From: Helicobacteraceae bacterium
GTDB taxonomy: Bacteria > Campylobacterota > Campylobacteria > Campylobacterales > SZUA-545
Assembly: GCA_031288475.1 (NCBI GenBank)
Contig: JAITRJ010000045.1
Coordinates: 8,743-72,742 of the forward strand
Reading direction: 5' to 3'
DNA: 64,000 bases
The notes below the pieces were generated by a model, which saw nothing but the letters and a program-made list of their open reading frames with translations, was not told where the DNA came from and did not search any database. Positions 59,171 to 64,000 of the stretch are shown one piece after another (position 1 is the first letter of the stretch; each line of letters begins with the position of its first letter). The translations under genes were made by a program, and so were the position numbers.

Positions 59171-59784
59171 AGCGAGGCTCCTATATTAGACGCCACATAG
59201 TGCAGAACGCCAATTTCGTTTCCCGTCTGTCTATTTCTCGCGGTAATGGTAACAAGTATAAAGTTTGACCCGGTAACGCCGGCGGTCGCGCTCTGATCAA
59301 GCGTCCATACGGTCGTGATGACGCCGACGGGTGGTAGGAGTGTGTTGTCTGCAAGATAACCCACCTGAACATCCAGACGGAAACCTCTTTCCTCCATATC
59401 AAACCGAGCGCCGTTAAACTGATTTATCCCCGTCTGACTTTCCTCCCACGACAAACCATCCGGTGTAGTTGTTATATCGCATCGCCTGAATCTTTCCGGT
59501 CTAAGCAGGGCTGTGCCTTCGCGGACATTAGCGCTGTCCAACAAATAGGTGCAGTTTGCATTGATGGTAGAATGACCAACAATGCTGTCCTTGACCTTAT
59601 TGTTATACTGGAGAGACACGATGCGGTTCATAAGCGCCGAGGCGTGATAGAGAGCCTCCCCCTCCAGCGCGTCTTCCTCCACCTCTACTACTGTGCTCAT
59701 TAAAATCGGAAGAGTCCCGAAGATCAGCCCCAGCAGAACTACCGTCACGATCGTCTCGATCATGCTGAAAGCGTTTTTTCTCAT
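59167..59784 (-). CDS. Type IV minor pilin (PilV/MshD-like)
   Basis: MRKNA|FSMIET prepilin site; C-terminal ASNIG. Confidence 0.72.
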   Translation of the reverse strand: MRKNAFSMIETIVTVVLLGLIFGTLPILMSTVVEVEEDALEGEALYHASALMNRIVSLQYNNKVKDSIVGHSTINANCTYLLDSANVREGTALLRPERFRRCDITTTPDGLSWEESQTGINQFNGARFDMEERGFRLDVQVGYLADNTLLPPVGVITTVWTLDQSATAGVTGSNFILVTITARNRQTGNEIGVLHYVASNIGASL

Positions 59785-59811
59785 CGTAAAGTCCTTTGTT
59801 GACCTAAGCTA

Positions 59812-59844
59812 ATAATACCATAATTTAATATCGGGTGCTACAAT
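59812..59844. promoter_or_regulatory. Divergent extended -10 promoters (pilin cluster and bamD-lon)
   Basis: TGGTATTAT on - (59812-59820) and TGCTACAAT on + (59836-59844). Confidence 0.5.
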
Positions 59845-59852
59845 TACAGCAA

Positions 59853-60485
59853 ATGATCAGAATAATTTTTACCGCGCTCTCTGGTTTTCTGCTGTTTTCA
59901 GGGTGCGCCAAACCGGACATCTCCGGTCAGACAGCGGAATACTCCTACCGCCAGATGGCGTGGGAGATCGGCAGAAATAACATAGACAGAGCCGGCGATT
60001 ACTATTCCAGCCTCGCGAGCGAACATATCGGATCGACGCTCTTAAAAGAGGCTTCGCTTATGATGGCAATGGCGCATATCAAGAGGGAGGAATATCTGCT
60101 GGCAAACTTTTATCTGGACGAATACGCCAAGCGGTTTGGCAGCTCCGCCGAAAACGATCGCGCAGCCTTTTTGAAGCTGCTCGCGGAGTATGGAGGGATA
60201 AAACTTCCCATGCGCGATCAGAAGCTCCTGAACGATGGCATATCAAAAAGCTCGCTCTTTATTGAGCGCTTCGCGGACTCTCAACTAGCGATATACGCCG
60301 AAACCATCAAAACCAAAACGATCCTTGCCTTAAGTGAGCTGGACGAGAACATAGCCGATCTGTACAGCAGGCTCGGCAAAGAGGAAGCGGCGGCGTACCA
60401 CAGAAAAAAAGGCGAGTTTAAGCCAAAGAGCGAAGGCGCATACGCAAGATCTAAAACGATGTGGCTCCGCTGGATCTTTGAGTAG
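59853..60485 (+). CDS. bamD: Outer-membrane assembly lipoprotein BamD/ComL
   Basis: Lipobox FSGC, TPR-like helices and EEYLLANFYLDEY; lies upstream of lon as in Campylobacterota. Confidence 0.8.
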   Translation: MIRIIFTALSGFLLFSGCAKPDISGQTAEYSYRQMAWEIGRNNIDRAGDYYSSLASEHIGSTLLKEASLMMAMAHIKREEYLLANFYLDEYAKRFGSSAENDRAAFLKLLAEYGGIKLPMRDQKLLNDGISKSSLFIERFADSQLAIYAETIKTKTILALSELDENIADLYSRLGKEEAAAYHRKKGEFKPKSEGAYARSKTMWLRWIFE

Positions 60486-60493
60486 GCGGAAAT

Positions 60494-62905
60494 ATGGAGT
60501 TAGCCAAATTCGGTCCCTTTCCCGCCATAATTCCCGTCGTTGTGGAATCCGACATCTTTTTGTATCCATTTATGATCTCGCCGCTCTTTCTAGCCGATCC
60601 GAAAAATATCGCCTCCGTCAACGAAGCGGTGGAAAACAACACGCCAATACTTGTCGTAACCACTAAAGAAGGGGGTAAAGGCGAGTTTTATGACGCGGGC
60701 ACGATCGGCGTGATAATGCGCAAAGTCTCTCTGCCTGATAAACGGATCAAGGCACTTTTTCAGGGCTTCGCCAGAGGAATTATTCAGGAGACGATCGCCG
60801 ACGAAAACAACAAGGCGCTTATGGCGCGGGTCGAAGAGATTGAGACAAAACCATATCACAAGCAGAATATCGACGCTATGCTGGAAAGCCTGCGCGGCGC
60901 CCTGCACGATCTTATCAACGTGAGTTCGCACATACCGCCGGATATTCTGCAGGCAATCACCGATAATCAGGATCCTTCCAGAATCGTGGATCTGGTGGCA
61001 AGCGCAGTGAGACTCAAAAACAGCGAAGCGTACTCTTTATTTATTGAAACCGATCTGGAAGCGCGGATTATGCGGCTTCTGGAGATGATCGCCGTGCAGA
61101 CGGAAAACGCCAAGCTTCAGCGGGAGATACGCGGCAAAGTACATTCAAAGATCGATCAGAACAACCGCGAATACTTTCTCAAGGAACAGTTAAAACAGAT
61201 CCGAAAGGAACTTGGCGAGGACAGCCAGCGCGACGAGGAAATTGAGGAATATCAGAAAAAGCTGGACGCGAAGAAGCCGTTTATGCCCGAAGAGGGGTAC
61301 AAAGAAGCAAAAAAACAGCTCGATCGGCTGGGTAGAATGCACCCCGACAGCGCCGATTCCAATCTGCTGCAAACCTATATAGAGTGGGTGCTGGAAATGC
61401 CCTTTGGAGAGATCAGGAAGGCAAAACTCAGCGTTCAGGCGGTCGCAAAGCGGCTGGAGAGTGATCACTTCAGCCTCAAAAAACCCAAAGAGCGGATTGT
61501 GGAGTATTTCGCTGTCAAAGAGCTACTGGAACAGCGCGGCGTGGATGACAGAGACTCCAGAGGGACAATTCTGTGTTTTGTTGGACCTCCAGGCGTGGGC
61601 AAGACAAGCCTCGCGAATTCGATCGCCAAAGCGCTGAAGCGGGAGCTGGTACGTATCGCGCTCGGCGGCATGGAGGACGTTAATGAGTTGCGCGGGCACC
61701 GCCGAACCTATATCGGCGCGATGCCGGGCAGGATAGTACAAGGACTGATCAATGCCAAGTCTATGCACCCCGTGATGGTTCTGGACGAAATCGACAAGGT
61801 AGGGCGCAGTATGCGCGGCGATCCTATGGCGGCTCTGCTGGAGATACTCGATCCGGAGCAAAACGATCACTTTCGGGATTATTATCTGAACTTTTCAATC
61901 GATCTGAGCCATGTGATCTTTATAGCGACAGCGAACGATCTTGGCACCGTTCCAGCGCCGCTACGTGATCGTATGGAGGTGATCGCAATTAGCAGCTACA
62001 CGCCGCAGGAAAAGATCGAAATCGCCAAACGCTATCTGATTCCGCAGGAGCTGAAAAAGCACGGACTGAAAAAAGATGAGATACGCATAGCGCCTTCGGC
62101 GATCCGCGAAATGGCGGAAAAGTACACAAAAGAGGCAGGCGTGCGCAACCTGCGCCGCGCAATCGCAAAGGTGATGCGCAAGTCGGCGAAGGTGCTCCTT
62201 GAGCGCAAAATGGAATCAGTTTCGATCACAATTGATAATCTTGAGGAGTTTCTGGAAAAGAAAATTTACGAGATTGAGCCGGCGGAAAAGAAAAACCTTG
62301 TCGGCGTGGTAAACGGTCTGGCGTGGACGAGCATCGGCGGCGACGTACTCAAGATTGAAGCTGTCAAGATACAGGCAAAAGGCGCCTTGGCGCTTACGGG
62401 CAGTCTTGGCGATGTGATGAAGGAGTCGGCGCAAATCGCCTACAGCGTCGTAAAGACGCTGATCGACAGCGGCAAGATCAGGATCAGAAAGGACGATATT
62501 CCGCTTTTAAACGAGGAGACGGAAAAAAATACGAAACCAAAGGCAAGCGAGATATACAACCGCTACTCGGTACATGTTCACGTTCCCGAAGGGGGGATTC
62601 CAAAAGATGGACCGAGTGCGGGTGTGGCGATGGCGGTGGCGATCGCCTCGATCTTAAGCGGCTCTCCCGTGCGGCGCGATCTGGCGATGACCGGCGAACT
62701 GACGCTGACGGGGCGGGTTTTGCCTATAGGAGGGCTTAAAGAAAAGCTGATAGCAGCCTACCGCGCCAAAATGAAAACGGTGCTGATACCGGAAAAGAAC
62801 TTTGAAAACGATATGGACGAAATACCCGACGAGGTAAAAGACAGCCTGAAAACCGTTCCGATCAACAGGATCGAAGAGGCGATCAGGGCGGCGTTTGAAA
62901 AATAG
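60494..62905 (+). CDS. lon: ATP-dependent protease La
   Basis: [27 protein letters not shown] and PIGGLKEK. Confidence 0.97.
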   Translation: MELAKFGPFPAIIPVVVESDIFLYPFMISPLFLADPKNIASVNEAVENNTPILVVTTKEGGKGEFYDAGTIGVIMRKVSLPDKRIKALFQGFARGIIQETIADENNKALMARVEEIETKPYHKQNIDAMLESLRGALHDLINVSSHIPPDILQAITDNQDPSRIVDLVASAVRLKNSEAYSLFIETDLEARIMRLLEMIAVQTENAKLQREIRGKVHSKIDQNNREYFLKEQLKQIRKELGEDSQRDEEIEEYQKKLDAKKPFMPEEGYKEAKKQLDRLGRMHPDSADSNLLQTYIEWVLEMPFGEIRKAKLSVQAVAKRLESDHFSLKKPKERIVEYFAVKELLEQRGVDDRDSRGTILCFVGPPGVGKTSLANSIAKALKRELVRIALGGMEDVNELRGHRRTYIGAMPGRIVQGLINAKSMHPVMVLDEIDKVGRSMRGDPMAALLEILDPEQNDHFRDYYLNFSIDLSHVIFIATANDLGTVPAPLRDRMEVIAISSYTPQEKIEIAKRYLIPQELKKHGLKKDEIRIAPSAIREMAEKYTKEAGVRNLRRAIAKVMRKSAKVLLERKMESVSITIDNLEEFLEKKIYEIEPAEKKNLVGVVNGLAWTSIGGDVLKIEAVKIQAKGALALTGSLGDVMKESAQIAYSVVKTLIDSGKIRIRKDDIPLLNEETEKNTKPKASEIYNRYSVHVHVPEGGIPKDGPSAGVAMAVAIASILSGSPVRRDLAMTGELTLTGRVLPIGGLKEKLIAAYRAKMKTVLIPEKNFENDMDEIPDEVKDSLKTVPINRIEEAIRAAFEK

Positions 62906-62981
62906 CGGCTCAGATCTCCTGCGTTCCGCGCCGTTGTCGTTCCTGAATGTAATCCGCGAAAGTGAGAGCCGGGTGCGTTCT

Positions 62982-63563
62982 GGACTGCTTCGTCGCGTTG
63001 CGCGCTACTCGCGATAACAGAGAGGGCAACGCCGTTGCAAGCCGTCTCTCTCTATCACTGCGAGCGAGCGGCCTTGCAAAAGCGGCAAGATTATGAAGAA
63101 GCGGCCGCACTTCTCCGTTATTGTGAACCGTTGGAAACGGCGCGGTAGTTTGATTTCCTTGTTATTCGAGCTGTTGGCAGACAGCGAAGTGGAGCGGCAG
63201 ACACGCGCGCGCCGTCCGCATTGCGGAGCATTCAACAAAACTACGCGTAATTACTTAGCGTTTCGCTCTTTCCTCGTGAGCGGCGAAACAATCCGGCGGT
63301 GCAAAGCTTTAGAGAATGACGATCGCAAACATTCAGAAATCTCAATGGCTTCGAATGATAAAGCCGCGTCTTTTCAAATTGCTTCATTCCTCGCGATGCC
63401 CCCGCGGGCTAGACCTGCTTCCTTCGCGACAACTAAGCGGATACCGCCGCAGTTACGCTTGCGGTTACAAGCTATTGCTTTGCACAGCGACTCTTCGCAA
63501 CGGACGGGCGGATACGCGTTGTTGCTCCGCACCGCCTATCGCTTCGCCGCCACTCGTAATGAC
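62982..63563. repeat. Cluster of degenerate REP/RPE-like palindromic elements
   Basis: Several variants of ATTGCTTCG...CTCGCAATGAC and its complement GTCATTGCGAG, at 62982, 63053, 63116, 63377, 63473 and 63537. Confidence 0.55.
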
Positions 63564-63805
63564 AAAACCAGCGCGCGGGCTTTGCAGATACACCCTGCTG
63601 GGTTGTAACGCTGATTTTGGCAGCCCGCCATAACGGGAAAGACGCTTTTATCCGCGATCTCCCTTGCTATTCTGCGCGGGGAAGCGCTTTCCCCGCGGTT
63701 TTTGCAGGGGAGAATATTAAAAAACCCGCCGCCCGTAACCGCACGGGCAAACTCAGCCGCGTTATAGCCTAAAATCTGTAAAATTACCACTTTTAAGGAC
63801 TTTTC

Positions 63806-64000
63806 TTGCCATTTTTCTGTAAAGAGCGGTTTATCCGCGTGATCGCCCTTGCGCTTCCTGCCGCGCTTGGCGCGTTGATCGATATGACGCAGGTACTTAT
63901 CGACTTTTATCTGGTTGGCTATCTAGGCGTCTCCGAAACGGCAGCAATTGGAATCGCCCTGCAATTTACGGGGCTTTTTTACACCGTAATGAGCATATTC
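63806..64000 (+). CDS. MATE-family efflux transporter (5' part, runs off window)
   Basis: AAGGA RBS and TTG start; VIALALPAALG..IDFYLVGYLG..AAIGIA is the MATE N-terminal pattern. Confidence 0.8.
   Translation, partial: MPFFCKERFIRVIALALPAALGALIDMTQVLIDFYLVGYLGVSETAAIGIALQFTGLFYTVMSIF

Noticed and set aside
63093-63608. 171-aa ORF and neighbouring short ORFs after lon
   Set aside because: No domain or RBS, and Arg/Ala-rich composition expected from translating GC-rich palindromic repeats.

Overview
Core-genome segment of a moderately GC-rich Campylobacterota (epsilonproteobacterial) bacterium, probably Helicobacteraceae-related. The assignment rests on conserved gene orders: rluD-flpA-trmB-ftsEX-envC; pyrH-rpoZ-spoT-tyrS-fabX-amiA; fbp-orf-metG-orf; ccoNOQP-DUF4006-small ORF-TPM-ccoH-addBA; bamD-lon. 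Accessory material includes a GT2 glycosyltransferase, a glucosylglycerate-synthase-like enzyme, a Fet/P19 iron uptake operon with a Fur box, a DUF1538 + PII-like + CBS module, four type IV minor pilin genes, two pseudogenes (EAL-CBS-GGDEF and HemN-like), and a degenerate palindromic repeat field. The most interesting locus is 18.7-22.2 kb, a four-gene cassette. It encodes an SxtJ-like membrane protein with an in-frame TAG, a 50-aa membrane peptide ending in FIYTLF, a membrane-anchored SGNH protein frameshifted at a C18 tract, and a CmcH/NodU carbamoyltransferase. The FIYxxF tail matches the tyrosine acyl-shuttle motif of DltX. I infer a phase-variable, MBOAT-independent relay for O-carbamoylation of cell-envelope glycans. 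Other notable items are a mono-haem CcoP, a His-ligand Csd4 variant and a structured leader upstream of fbp-metG. I found no tRNA, rRNA, CRISPR array or intact transposase. All calls come from reading motifs by eye; no database searches were run.
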